DNA of 64,000 nucleotides from Acutalibacteraceae bacterium (GTDB lineage Bacteria > Bacillota > Clostridia > Oscillospirales > Acutalibacteraceae), in NCBI GenBank assembly GCA_045537135.1, contig JAZSOW010000016.1:5454-69453 (forward strand), given 5' to 3'. The notes under the pieces were generated by a model, which made no database searches, was not told the origin of the DNA, and saw only the letters and a list, made by a program, of their open reading frames with translations. Of the stretch, positions 1-8,878 are shown in pieces. The stretch's first letter is position 1. Each line of letters begins with the position of its first letter. A program made the position numbers and the translations under genes.

Positions 1-1
1 G

Positions 2-1318
2 TTGGAGACAGTGGCTGCGAGTGAGCTGGATATTGATTTCCGTTGGAATCCATATACGCCAATCGTGCCTGCCAATCTGGATTATGCCGTCAGGTCGGCC
101 GGCGATGGGTACTTTGCCTTAAAGTCTGACGTGGAGAGTGTGTCGAAGACTGTTAAGACCGTTGAGGCGAATGCGACTGCTTACACTGACAAAAAAACCG
201 CGCCGGCAACGAGAGATGTCTATGGTACGGTGCGAGCATCGACGGAAGAAGACGAGGCGCGAATCAACGGGGCTATTTTGCGGCGCGGCGATGGTGTGTT
301 GACCATTGTGGCAGCAAACGAAGCCGCCATCGACGGGCGCGGCAATCCTTGTGCGCCGATTGTCCCTGCCAACCTTGAATACGCCGTCAAATCAGTGGGC
401 GATGGGTATTATGCAAAGGTTGGCGAAGCGAGCGCCGATATATCCGGATGCGAAGTCCTCGAAAACAAAGTCGACGTTGTCGATGAATGGGACGATGATT
501 TGGATGATAAATATCCCAGCGTGAAAGCGGTGGTCGATTATGTCGGCGGTCGTTTCCAAAACTACATCCCCCCCAGCGTGGAGATTCCCACCGCAGACAG
601 CGAAACCTATGGTACGGTAAAGGTTGCTGATAATAAGGGTATGGCTTCATTTTGGGGAGGTATTTATATAGATGGCAACGGAGCACTTACAATTGCACCA
701 GCATCCGAGGGAGCTATTGATGAAAAAATTAATACTTACAACCCGATTGTCCCCGCCAACCTTGAATACGCGGTCAAGTCGGTGGGCGATGGGTATTATG
801 CCAAAGTGGGTCAAGCCGGCGGCGGATGTGCGCCGAAGACGTATGAGGAGATCGCTACCTTTACCGTCACGGCAGATGAGAACGGTACTTTGCCGCAGCA
901 CGTTGTTTTCACGCTTGACAGTCAAGGCGACTCCTTCCGTTTGTCCGATTTTATGGTGAAGGTGTACGGCGGTTTTGTGGATGGCAACAAGTCGAGCTTG
1001 TATATGGCCGTAAATAACCAGCTGGTGATTGCAAATGGCGAGATTGGCTCGATCGATTCGTCGCTTCGTGGCTTTAATATCTACTTTCGTGTGGATAACG
1101 ATGGATTTAAGCGGGCGGAATACACGTCGAGTTTGGCATCGGAGCAGTTGTTCAATGCGCAAGCAAACGTGCAGGGAACGCGTATTGTTCCGCCGATGAT
1201 CGACTATGCGAATCCGCCAATCACCAAGATTGATTTGTATATCGGCACCGGTACCACCAAAGCGTGGGTGGAAGGAAGTACGTTTACTTTGTACGGGGTG
1301 AGAACGCATGACGAATGA
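2..1318 (+). CDS. Phage tail fibre / receptor-binding protein (5' end cut by window edge)
   Basis: The ORF is open to the window edge. It has three internal copies of the motif N-x-x-x-PIVPANL(E/D)YAV(K/R)S(V/A)GDGY(Y/F)A, each preceded by a DG-x-LTI...E-x-AID block. It lies directly upstream of a lysis cassette. Confidence 0.65.
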   Translation: METVAASELDIDFRWNPYTPIVPANLDYAVRSAGDGYFALKSDVESVSKTVKTVEANATAYTDKKTAPATRDVYGTVRASTEEDEARINGAILRRGDGVLTIVAANEAAIDGRGNPCAPIVPANLEYAVKSVGDGYYAKVGEASADISGCEVLENKVDVVDEWDDDLDDKYPSVKAVVDYVGGRFQNYIPPSVEIPTADSETYGTVKVADNKGMASFWGGIYIDGNGALTIAPASEGAIDEKINTYNPIVPANLEYAVKSVGDGYYAKVGQAGGGCAPKTYEEIATFTVTADENGTLPQHVVFTLDSQGDSFRLSDFMVKVYGGFVDGNKSSLYMAVNNQLVIANGEIGSIDSSLRGFNIYFRVDNDGFKRAEYTSSLASEQLFNAQANVQGTRIVPPMIDYANPPITKIDLYIGTGTTKAWVEGSTFTLYGVRTHDE

Positions 1319-1610
1319 GGAATTAGCTGTTAAGGTGCAACGGACGGAGGATCGATCCAAATCCAATGCACATCGCTTGGACGAGGTCGAAAAGAAATTG
1401 ACCGACAACGAGAAAATGCTCGCCAGTATCGCTCGCTTGGATCAGCGACAGAAGGATATGGATACCGATGTCAAGGAAATCAAAGCAGACGTTAAGGTGC
1501 TGGCGGGTAAACCCGCCAAGCGGTGGGAGACCGTCGTAGAAAAAACGCTGATGGCAATTGTGGCCGGGATTGTCGGCTATGTGCTCATCAAACTTGGATT
1601 CAGCTCGTGA
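1308..1610 (+). CDS. XhlA-like lysis-associated membrane protein
   Basis: 100 aa with a charged coiled-coil-like N-terminus and a single C-terminal TM helix (LMAIVAGIVGYVLIKLGF). The ATG overlaps the end of the tail fibre gene. Its position before holin and amidase matches PBSX-type xhlA-xhlB-xlyA modules. Confidence 0.55.
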   Translation: MTNEELAVKVQRTEDRSKSNAHRLDEVEKKLTDNEKMLASIARLDQRQKDMDTDVKEIKADVKVLAGKPAKRWETVVEKTLMAIVAGIVGYVLIKLGFSS

Positions 1611-1626
1611 GAAAGGAGTGTAGTAT

Positions 1627-1932
1627 ATGGAAGGTATTGTTTTGATTTTAGTGATGGCCATTGTGGTGGAGGCGCTCATTGAGTATGCGAAAACCATCGG
1701 CAGAGCATTTGTCAACGGCGATTGGAAGGTTGCGGTGACGCAGATCGCGGCAATTGCGCTCGGGGTACTGCTCTGCTTTATGACCGGCGGCGATCTGTTT
1801 GCTGTGGTTGGCATCGGATTTGTTTGGCCGCGGCTTGGGGTGTTCTTGACCGGCATCCTCATTTCTCGCGGTGCCAATTATGTCAGTGACTTTGCCAAAC
1901 GGTTACGCGGAGTAAAAGGAACGGAGGAATAA
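1627..1932 (+). CDS. Phage holin
   Basis: 101 aa with three hydrophobic helices and a charged C-terminal tail. An RBS (aaaggag) lies upstream. It sits between the XhlA-like gene and the endolysin. Confidence 0.6.
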   Translation: MEGIVLILVMAIVVEALIEYAKTIGRAFVNGDWKVAVTQIAAIALGVLLCFMTGGDLFAVVGIGFVWPRLGVFLTGILISRGANYVSDFAKRLRGVKGTEE

Positions 1933-1933
1933 T

Positions 1934-2713
1934 ATGGCGAAAAAAATCTATCTGTCGGCGGCGGCGCACGGCACGGATAATCCCACCAAGTGCCCGTCCA
2001 AATGTGGTGAAAATATCCACTGCAACGAGTATATGGATATCGTTGAAAGCCGTTTAAAAGCTCTCGGCTTTGAAGTTAAGCGAGGCGACAAGAGCAAGGT
2101 CGGGGGTCCTGCGTTGCAAAGTCGTGTGCGTGAAGCAAACAAATGGGGTGCCGATCTCTATTATGTCGCGCACACCAACGCGGGTGGCGGTCGCTATTCA
2201 ATGACGATGTGCTGGAATAACGCCGCAAGCTTGGAAAAGGCGCGTGTGTTCAAAAAGTATCGTCAATGCGTCAAGTCGCACAAGGTGGTGGCTAACAACT
2301 CCTTGTATGAGATCAAGGCGACCAATATGACCTGCTTGTATGATGAGTTGTTCTTCCACGACAATGCGGAGGACTGCGCGTGGTTCCACAAAGACGGAAT
2401 GAGACTGCTCGCGGAGGAAACGGTGCAGGCGATCTGTGAGATCGAAGGTGTGCCGTACAAAGCGCAGGAAGCGCCGAAAAAGGAAAAACCGAAAGAGGAA
2501 ACCTCGTCGGCGCCGAAGGCGGGCGACGTGGTGAAGCTCTACAAGGACAAGTTGTATACCTCGGCGCGCGGATCGGTGTCGGTGACCCGCACGGGCACAT
2601 ATTACGTTTATGACGGGGTGGCGGTGGACGGCCGCTATCGCGTTACCAATGCTAAGAGCCGTGTCGGAAAAGCCCCGATCTGGCTCAACGTCAGTGGCTG
2701 GGTAGTGATCTGA
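1934..2713 (+). CDS. N-acetylmuramoyl-L-alanine amidase endolysin (Amidase_3-type catalytic domain plus SH3-like wall-binding domain)
   Basis: The N-terminal region has amidase_3-like blocks (LSAAAHG, YYVAHTNAGGG), then a Lys/Pro/Glu linker and a C-terminal beta-rich SH3-like domain. The RBS is ggagga. Confidence 0.8.
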   Translation: MAKKIYLSAAAHGTDNPTKCPSKCGENIHCNEYMDIVESRLKALGFEVKRGDKSKVGGPALQSRVREANKWGADLYYVAHTNAGGGRYSMTMCWNNAASLEKARVFKKYRQCVKSHKVVANNSLYEIKATNMTCLYDELFFHDNAEDCAWFHKDGMRLLAEETVQAICEIEGVPYKAQEAPKKEKPKEETSSAPKAGDVVKLYKDKLYTSARGSVSVTRTGTYYVYDGVAVDGRYRVTNAKSRVGKAPIWLNVSGWVVI

Positions 2714-2730
2714 CCGAAGTCGCATAAGCA

Positions 2731-2766
2731 AAAAGCCGAGGGATTTCCCTCGGCTTTTGCTTTTTG
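2731..2766 (+). terminator. Intrinsic terminator after the lysis cassette
   Basis: Hairpin agccgaggg/ccctcggct with a 4-nt loop, followed by a T-run. Confidence 0.6.
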
Positions 2767-2849
2767 CCTTGCCTTGACACGGAGCATTGGGTTTGTAATA
2801 ATATGAGTTCGCGCTTGTCGGGTGTTGTGATAAAGACTGTATAGAAAAC

Positions 2850-3581
2850 ATGCGGCTGTTTTTCACCGAACGCGATCAGATGATCGTGGATCACGCAAAC
2901 GGCATTCGCACCAAGAAAGCGGAAGTGATTACAACCTACATAGACGTTGAAGCGTTGCCCTTTAATCGCGGGTATTATTCTTGCGATTTGACCTTCTACT
3001 TTAATGTAGAGGTGGAGGTGTACAGCGGGCACGGTGTGCCGTGCACCACCGTACAGGGTGTCGGTGTCTTCCGCAAAAAGGTCATTCTTTACGGCAGTGA
3101 AGGGCACGTGCGTGTGTTCCACAGCGAATATCGCCCTGATGAGTGCGATCGTCAGGAAATGCCGACGCGCAATATGCCGCATTGCTGTGTGCAGGTTGCC
3201 GAGCCGGTTGTGCTGGATGCACGACTGGTCGACTGTTGTGACCGTTGCCACTATGAGTGCGGCGATTGCGGATGTATCCCCGCGAAACTCTGCAACCGCT
3301 ACGGCGGTAATTTCGTCGACAGCGCCGATTGCCGCATCGTGGTGGTCACGCTCGGTATCTTTACCATCGTTCAGCTCATTCGCAATGTGCAGATGCTGAT
3401 GCCGGTGTACGATTATTGTATGCCGAACAAGGAGTGCACGCCGACGAGCGAAAATCCCTGCGACTTGTTCCATAAAATGAGCTTCCCCGTCAACGAGTTC
3501 TTCCCGCCCGCAACGGAAGGGGACGGCGGCGGATGCGGCTGCGGTGCGCCGACAGGCGGCAAACCGCATGGCGGATGCTAA
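2850..3581 (+). CDS. Cysteine-rich hypothetical protein (about 19 Cys in 243 aa)
   Basis: The ORF has coding-like composition and is bracketed by + strand terminators. Cys clusters include HCC, DCCDRCHYECGDCGC and GGGCGCG. No clear Shine-Dalgarno precedes either candidate ATG, so the start is uncertain. Confidence 0.5.
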   Translation: MRLFFTERDQMIVDHANGIRTKKAEVITTYIDVEALPFNRGYYSCDLTFYFNVEVEVYSGHGVPCTTVQGVGVFRKKVILYGSEGHVRVFHSEYRPDECDRQEMPTRNMPHCCVQVAEPVVLDARLVDCCDRCHYECGDCGCIPAKLCNRYGGNFVDSADCRIVVVTLGIFTIVQLIRNVQMLMPVYDYCMPNKECTPTSENPCDLFHKMSFPVNEFFPPATEGDGGGCGCGAPTGGKPHGGC

Positions 3582-3594
3582 TTGATTAAAAAAC

Positions 3595-3627
3595 AGCCGA
3601 CGGAGTGTTCCGTCGGCTTCTTTTTTT
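3595..3627 (+). terminator. Intrinsic terminator
   Basis: Hairpin agccgacgga/tccgtcggct with loop gtgt, followed by a T7 run. Confidence 0.65.
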
Positions 3628-3752
3628 GTCAAAAAAACGCTTTTTTGTCACAAATTGTCTTGTGTATTTATGTGATGGCGGCACACAATAGGGTTGCAAA
3701 CGCAAATGAATTTTCGGCGGCAAAACCGCTGAGTGACAGTGAGGTGTAACAC

Positions 3753-3944
3753 ATGAACAACAAGAGCATCGTTCCGGAGGCCCGCGAGGGTCTGAACCGC
3801 TTCAAGATGGAGGCCGCTAACGAGGTTGGCGTGACCTTGAAGCAGGGTTATAACGGTGATCTGACTTCTCGTCAGGCCGGTTCTATCGGTGGCCAGATGG
3901 TGAAGAAGATGATCAAGGCGTACGAGGAGAACAACCTCAAATAA
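3753..3944 (+). CDS. Small acid-soluble spore protein, alpha/beta type (copy 1)
   Basis: 63 aa matching the clostridial alpha/beta SASP pattern (IVPEAREGLNRFKMEAANEVGV...YNGDLTSRQAGSIGGQMVKKMI). The RBS is gtgaggtg. Confidence 0.9.
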   Translation: MNNKSIVPEAREGLNRFKMEAANEVGVTLKQGYNGDLTSRQAGSIGGQMVKKMIKAYEENNLK

Positions 3945-3963
3945 GCCAAATCCCATTTCGCCG

Positions 3964-3993
3964 TCCGGGGGAGTGATCCCCCGGATGTTTTTT
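3964..3993 (+). terminator. Intrinsic terminator after SASP copy 1
   Basis: Hairpin tccggggga/tcccccgga with loop gtga, followed by tgtttttt. Confidence 0.65.
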
Positions 3994-4026
3994 ATTAAAA
4001 TTAATGATAAAACTTTGGAAAAGCAC

Positions 4027-4054
4027 TTGACAAACCAAAAAAATAGGGTATAAT
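4027..4054 (+). promoter_or_regulatory. Sigma-A consensus promoter for tRNA-Gln
   Basis: TTGACA (4027-4032), a 16-nt spacer, then TATAAT (4049-4054), about 22 nt upstream of the tRNA 5' end. Confidence 0.55.
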
Positions 4055-4076
4055 AAAACCCGTTCCAAAGGAATAT

Positions 4077-4150
4077 TGCGGAATTGTGTAAAGGTAGCAC
4101 GACAGTCTCTGAATCTGTTTGTCTAGGTTCGATTCCTAGTTCCGCAGCCA
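4077..4150 (+). tRNA. tRNA-Gln (anticodon CUG), CCA encoded
   Basis: Hand-folded cloverleaf. Acceptor is tgcggaa/ttccgca (U1-A72, G73 discriminator, typical of bacterial tRNA-Gln). D arm is gtgt/gcac with a GG loop. The anticodon loop cTCTGaa gives anticodon CTG. The T arm is ctagg-ttcgatt-cctag. There is one U-U mismatch at the base of the anticodon stem. Confidence 0.85.
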
Positions 4151-4188
4151 ACGCAAAGGACGCCAAACGGCGTCCTTTTTGCGTTGGC
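4151..4188 (+). terminator. Intrinsic terminator after tRNA-Gln
   Basis: Long hairpin (core aggacgcc/ggcgtcct, extended by ccaacgcaaa/tttgcgttgg) with a T5 run. Confidence 0.6.
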
Positions 4189-4472
4189 TGGGGCACTCGT
4201 CGCTTCAAAGCTCGCTCTGCGAGCGAAGCGACGCAGAATTAGGTTCGCATTCGAGCCGAAAGCCGACGGGAGCTCGCTCACGAGAGGCTCGGCGAAGAAT
4301 CCTCGCCAAAGGCGAGTACCCTAGTGCCGAGCACAAATTTTCCTTTACACTTTTCTGAATTTATGTTATAAAAATCTCAACAATTAATTTTCAAAAAATT
4401 TTCTTGAAAAAAGCTGTTAGAGGATTATTATAGATGGCTTGACAGCAGGCGAAAAGGATAACGAAAGGCGGA

Positions 4473-6332
4473 ATGTTTATGCGTACTAAAAAGCAAATAA
4501 ACGATATTGATTCAAATTACACAATAACACTTAATTCAAACAACGGAGACGTTGAATACGACGATATCTCAGTTTCATTGGTTGCTGAAAGCGATAGTAT
4601 CGACACCCATTTTTCCATGTCGGTTGAGTTTACCAAATGGGAACAAAATGCATATATTTTTATGCCTGCATGCACGTACAAAGGAAATGCGTTTCAAAAG
4701 CTCAAATGTAGTTATCCGCCTATGTACCGTAAGGAGGACTGCAAAAAGGATGCCCAACCTATCATAACCGATGTTCCCGCGTTAAATTCTGACGGAAGTG
4801 GGAAAATAGAAGTTACCTCGGCAGATATGTCGGTTCCTTGCTTTGGGGCTTTTTTCGAAAAAAAACAAAAAGCTTTTTTCATTTTTACGGAGCAGGCGTG
4901 CAAGGACAAAAATATTGGATTTACCGTCGAAAGCGGAAAGGTTACTATAACATTTCCCGCGCTCCGCTCAAAACGCTATAAGATGTGCCGTACCGATGTG
5001 CCGTCAGACGATAGCGGAATTTCCGTAACTAAAGGTGAACGTGTCTCATCGAAAGTGTTGATAAAAGAATTTGATTGCAAGGATATTCCTGAGTTTTTTG
5101 AGGTGTTTTTCAATAATCGAAAATGTCTGCTCTGCGACTCTCCCGCGCCAAACGGTTATACTCAAGATTTGTGGAACATTATGGAAAATCATATGAACAA
5201 CGACAATTTCAGTGGAGAATACTATGCTCAGATGTCGAAAAAATGGCAATGCGGTTGGGTTGGCGGCGGAATGTCTTCACTTCCATTGCTTAAACACGGA
5301 AACTCTCTTTCGAGGGAACGAGCTATAAAGACGCTTGATTTTATGACGTCAAACGTGGCTTCAACGGGCTTCTTTTACACTATGATCGTCAAAGGAGTCA
5401 TTGAGGATGACGGTTATGGGAAAGAACATATGAAAAATTGCGCTCTTGTAAGAAAGATCGGCGATGCCCTTTATTTCCTTTTTAAGCATTTTGACGTGAT
5501 TACTCCGAAAGAAAGCTGGGTTATCGCAGCAAAAAACTGTGCGGACGCATTTGTGGAATTGTACAAAAAGTATCAAGACTTCGGACAATTCATTAACATT
5601 GAAACCGGGGATATAATATATGGTGGCACGACGTCCGGTGCTTCTGTCATCAGCGCATTGGTACGAGCATGGTACTATTTTGGAAATGAAAAATATATTG
5701 AAACCGCAAGGCTTGCAGGGGAAAAATATTACAATGATTTTGTAGCTCGCGGCATTACATACGGCGGCCCTGGAGAAGCGCTTTGCGCTCCCGACAGCGA
5801 AAGCTCTTATGCTATGGTCGAAAGTATGGTTCTTCTTTACGAGGCGGAAAAAGAAGAAAAGTGGTTAAGATACGCAAAAGACAGTTTACACCTGCTTTCA
5901 AGCTGGGTTATGCCGTATTCATACGTGTTCCCAAAAGGAAGCGAATTTGCAAGACTTAACATTAACACCGTTGGAAGTGTTTTCGCAAATGTGCAAAACA
6001 AACACTCCGCACCTGGTCTTTGTACCGCATCGGGAGATGCCATATACAAGCTTTACAAATATACAGACAAAAAGGAATATCTTGAACTTTTGCGTGATAT
6101 TGTCTTTTTCCTTCCGCAGTGTGTATCTACTGAAGAACGACCTATATTTTCATGGGATAAGGAGCCGATAAGGCTTTTACCGGGTTATATATGTGAGAGA
6201 GTCAACACAAGCGATTGGGAAGATCGGGAACGTGTAGGTGGTGTATTCGCCTTGTCATGTTGGTGCGAAACGTCAATTTTGTTATCCTTTTCCGAATTGA
6301 TATGGAACGAGGAAATCATTAAACAACTTTAA
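4473..6332 (+). CDS. Hypothetical cytoplasmic protein, C-terminal half resembles (alpha/alpha)6 six-hairpin glycosidase-like folds
   Basis: A 619-aa ORF in AT-rich DNA with no signal peptide. The C-terminal 350 aa are helix-rich and aromatic/Gly-rich (GGPGEALCAPDSESSYAMVESMVLLYEA), reminiscent of six-hairpin enzymes. The family assignment is not secure. Confidence 0.5.
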   Translation: MFMRTKKQINDIDSNYTITLNSNNGDVEYDDISVSLVAESDSIDTHFSMSVEFTKWEQNAYIFMPACTYKGNAFQKLKCSYPPMYRKEDCKKDAQPIITDVPALNSDGSGKIEVTSADMSVPCFGAFFEKKQKAFFIFTEQACKDKNIGFTVESGKVTITFPALRSKRYKMCRTDVPSDDSGISVTKGERVSSKVLIKEFDCKDIPEFFEVFFNNRKCLLCDSPAPNGYTQDLWNIMENHMNNDNFSGEYYAQMSKKWQCGWVGGGMSSLPLLKHGNSLSRERAIKTLDFMTSNVASTGFFYTMIVKGVIEDDGYGKEHMKNCALVRKIGDALYFLFKHFDVITPKESWVIAAKNCADAFVELYKKYQDFGQFINIETGDIIYGGTTSGASVISALVRAWYYFGNEKYIETARLAGEKYYNDFVARGITYGGPGEALCAPDSESSYAMVESMVLLYEAEKEEKWLRYAKDSLHLLSSWVMPYSYVFPKGSEFARLNINTVGSVFANVQNKHSAPGLCTASGDAIYKLYKYTDKKEYLELLRDIVFFLPQCVSTEERPIFSWDKEPIRLLPGYICERVNTSDWEDRERVGGVFALSCWCETSILLSFSELIWNEEIIKQL

Positions 6333-6415
6333 CTTGATAACGCCGAAAGCTTATAGAGTCCGTATCTTAAGGCAAAATAATGTGTCATCTATTTCGGTCG
6401 CCAACCACAAAAATG

Positions 6416-6437
6416 CGCACCGAAAAAGATATCGGTT
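6416..6437. repeat. Left arm of a perfect 22-bp inverted repeat (cgcaccgaaaaagatatcggtt)
   Basis: Its exact reverse complement occurs at 8879-8900. I checked this base by base. Confidence 0.9.
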
Positions 6438-6441
6438 CGAA

Positions 6442-6475
6442 AAACCCCGAAACCACAGCGGTTTCGGGGTTTTGT
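6442..6475. terminator. Bidirectional terminator between convergent genes
   Basis: Hairpin aaaccccgaaacc/ggtttcggggttt with loop acagc, flanked by A/T runs on both sides. Confidence 0.65.
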
Positions 6476-6580
6476 TATACCATTTTTCAAGGTAGAATTC
6501 AAAAGATATCATTTCTCCAAAACGACCTTTGGGGAGAACTTGAACTAAAACCCAAGGCTTTTAGGGGCAGATCTTACGAT

Positions 6581-8734
6581 TTAATTTAGCTTTGCTTTTT
6601 TTAGAGCATTGACAAGGGCTTCCTTGGAAAGATCGGTGATCAGGTAGCGCTTTTTGCCAAGAGGCAGGCAAAGGGATGCACCATCGGTTTTAATGGGGAG
6701 CTCCTCTCCAAAAAGTTCATCCAGATAGCGAATGCCTTTGCTCTTAAGAGGCAAAGAAAGGATTCCATCCCCCCCATTATTCCAAAGTGCGGCGCAGTTT
6801 TTTTCCTTGCGTTCAAAGAAAAAGGCAGAAATCTGCGCATCGGCGGTGGGGATCTGCTCCCAGGTACAGAGTTCCGGAGAACCCTCTTCATTGATTAGGA
6901 GGGTATGCTCGATGGCGGTGTTTTTTAACTCGTCTTTGATTTCTTCAGTGAGAAATCCGCTTTGGCGAACCATCTCCCAGCGGCGGAAGGTTTCCAAAAT
7001 ATCATCGGTGCGAGGATGAGCAACAAGTTGCTCGAGGGAGGCGATGAAAGCACCGGGGCAATCCCATGCAGCAGCCAGCGCAGTACCGTATTCAAAAATA
7101 TCAGGGCGCTGATCTAAGGAAAGGTGCCACCAACCGAAATTCACCCGAGTAAAATCCTTTTGCATCTGGGGTGCTTCTCTGAAGGGGTGCAGCACTGTCA
7201 TTTCTTTAAATTTCTCGGTCGGGAAAACATCAAAGGCATTTCCCCCACTGAGCATATGCCAAGAGAAATGGGATTTGGCTGCGCCCTCGCAGAAGGTCGG
7301 CTTTTTGGAAAGCTTATTATAGACCCTCCATTGAGCAAGACCAACGTTGATATCCGAGGGAGGATTGATCCCTTCGGAACCATCGAAATAGAGAAATTCA
7401 AAGCCGGCATCGTAAAGATCTGCGATCTCCTCAGCAATTTCATCCTGCAAGGAAGTTTTTTGATCGATGTATGCGCTTTGGGCGCAAAATTCGCTGACTT
7501 CCAAAAGGCCACCGATGGTGCCGATCTCGTGAATCTTCGGAATTGTACCGTTATAGCCCCGCTTGCAACCCTTGAAGCAATATGGGCGTTCTGAGGAAAT
7601 GCTCTCATATTGGATCAGTTCTCCCATAAATTTGAGCACCCGCAAGGGTTCATGCTCCGGCACCCCCTCGGGATTTTCCTCCACATAAAGGGTGGTATCC
7701 TCGGGGGAGCAGCCTTTTGCAAGAGTGAAATGGCGGGTGAGATTGAGGCGATGATCGGCAACAGGGGTTAGATAGGGGCTCTTTAAGCCAACATGGGAAT
7801 GAAGGATATGCAGCCCCGGGGTGATTCCTGCGGCTTTGATCTTTTCAAGGAGGGCAATTAGATCACTCTTTCCGTTTTTAAAGGCAGGGTTGATGGTTTT
7901 ATAGTCCCCGAGCCGCCAAAAACCGCGGCCGGTATTTAGGAGCGCCGTATAATAAATCAAAAGATGGGTAAAGCCTCCCTTTTGAGCGGCGGCAATATAA
8001 GCATCGGCATTTTCAAGGGTAATATCACTAACCCAATAATAAGAGTGGTTGATAGTGGGCGCACGGCGGCTTTCTACCCCACGGGGCAGATCCCGTTCTA
8101 CCTCCAAAGCCTCAATGCTATCAAGAAGCTCCTCTCTTGGAGCCACAATCAGCGCAACCCCTGCATTTTTTAGTTGAACCTCTGAAAGGGCTTCACCAAA
8201 AAGGATCTTATGGTCTCGCCGCTCTTCAAAACCGATTTTTGGGTAGGGACAGGCAGAAAGGACATTGACTGCCGCTTGATCATCCCATAGAGCATTGAGC
8301 CATTCTCCAAAATTTTCTCGAGGCTTCAGAGCAAGCTGCACCAAACGAAAACTGCTTACCGGCGGCAGAATGGGCTCCACTCCCACACCAAAGGAATCGG
8401 AATGCACTAAAAAATCCACCAAGGTAAATACTATGTATTGTTCCTTGATCTCTACCTGCACCGCCGCTTCAAAATGGATCTTTTCAAAGCCGATGATGAG
8501 CCGACCTCCCTCTTGGCGGAGAGCATTTGCTGAAAAGGTGGTGCGCTTCATGGGCTGAGCGAGCTTCACCTCATTATTATAGGGGCGCTCCTCGGTGAGG
8601 GTAAAAAAGGGGGTGTCTGCATTAGCAAGAAGCTCCTCACCGCTTTTCTTTAAAATAAGGCTCTCTGCTGCCCCCTGCGAAGAGAGGGCAAGGCGGAAAT
8701 TTTTATTTTCAAGGATGATGGAAGAATGTTTCAT
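6581..8734 (-). CDS. Hypothetical cytoplasmic protein, possible TIM-barrel glycoside-hydrolase-like enzyme
   Basis: 717-aa ORF with RBS gaggta and no signal peptide. The central region alternates beta/alpha-like segments (GFTHLLIYY, ITPGLHILHSHVG, FLYFDGSEG). The family is not recognised with confidence. Confidence 0.45.
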   Translation of the reverse strand: MKHSSIILENKNFRLALSSQGAAESLILKKSGEELLANADTPFFTLTEERPYNNEVKLAQPMKRTTFSANALRQEGGRLIIGFEKIHFEAAVQVEIKEQYIVFTLVDFLVHSDSFGVGVEPILPPVSSFRLVQLALKPRENFGEWLNALWDDQAAVNVLSACPYPKIGFEERRDHKILFGEALSEVQLKNAGVALIVAPREELLDSIEALEVERDLPRGVESRRAPTINHSYYWVSDITLENADAYIAAAQKGGFTHLLIYYTALLNTGRGFWRLGDYKTINPAFKNGKSDLIALLEKIKAAGITPGLHILHSHVGLKSPYLTPVADHRLNLTRHFTLAKGCSPEDTTLYVEENPEGVPEHEPLRVLKFMGELIQYESISSERPYCFKGCKRGYNGTIPKIHEIGTIGGLLEVSEFCAQSAYIDQKTSLQDEIAEEIADLYDAGFEFLYFDGSEGINPPSDINVGLAQWRVYNKLSKKPTFCEGAAKSHFSWHMLSGGNAFDVFPTEKFKEMTVLHPFREAPQMQKDFTRVNFGWWHLSLDQRPDIFEYGTALAAAWDCPGAFIASLEQLVAHPRTDDILETFRRWEMVRQSGFLTEEIKDELKNTAIEHTLLINEEGSPELCTWEQIPTADAQISAFFFERKEKNCAALWNNGGDGILSLPLKSKGIRYLDELFGEELPIKTDGASLCLPLGKKRYLITDLSKEALVNALKKAKLN

Positions 8735-8878
8735 GGGAATACCTCGTTCTCAATAACAAAATTCTTTAATGATGGCGGCTGATTGTTCTTGATTCATGCC
8801 GCATTTCATCTTTTCATGATAACTTTGTGTGGTGCTTTGAGTATACTACTTTTCTAATGTAATGTAAAGCGAAAAATT

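Noticed and set aside
2-1318. Diversity-generating retroelement target in the repeated tail fibre.
   Set aside because: There is no reverse transcriptase and no template-repeat/variable-repeat pair with adenine-specific differences nearby. The repeats are internal protein modules, not a 3' VR.
2691-3632. A 313-aa minus-strand ORF opposite the Cys-rich gene.
   Set aside because: It has Arg/Ala/His-rich shadow-ORF composition. The terminators on both sides are oriented for the + strand gene. The + frame has normal codon and amino-acid usage.
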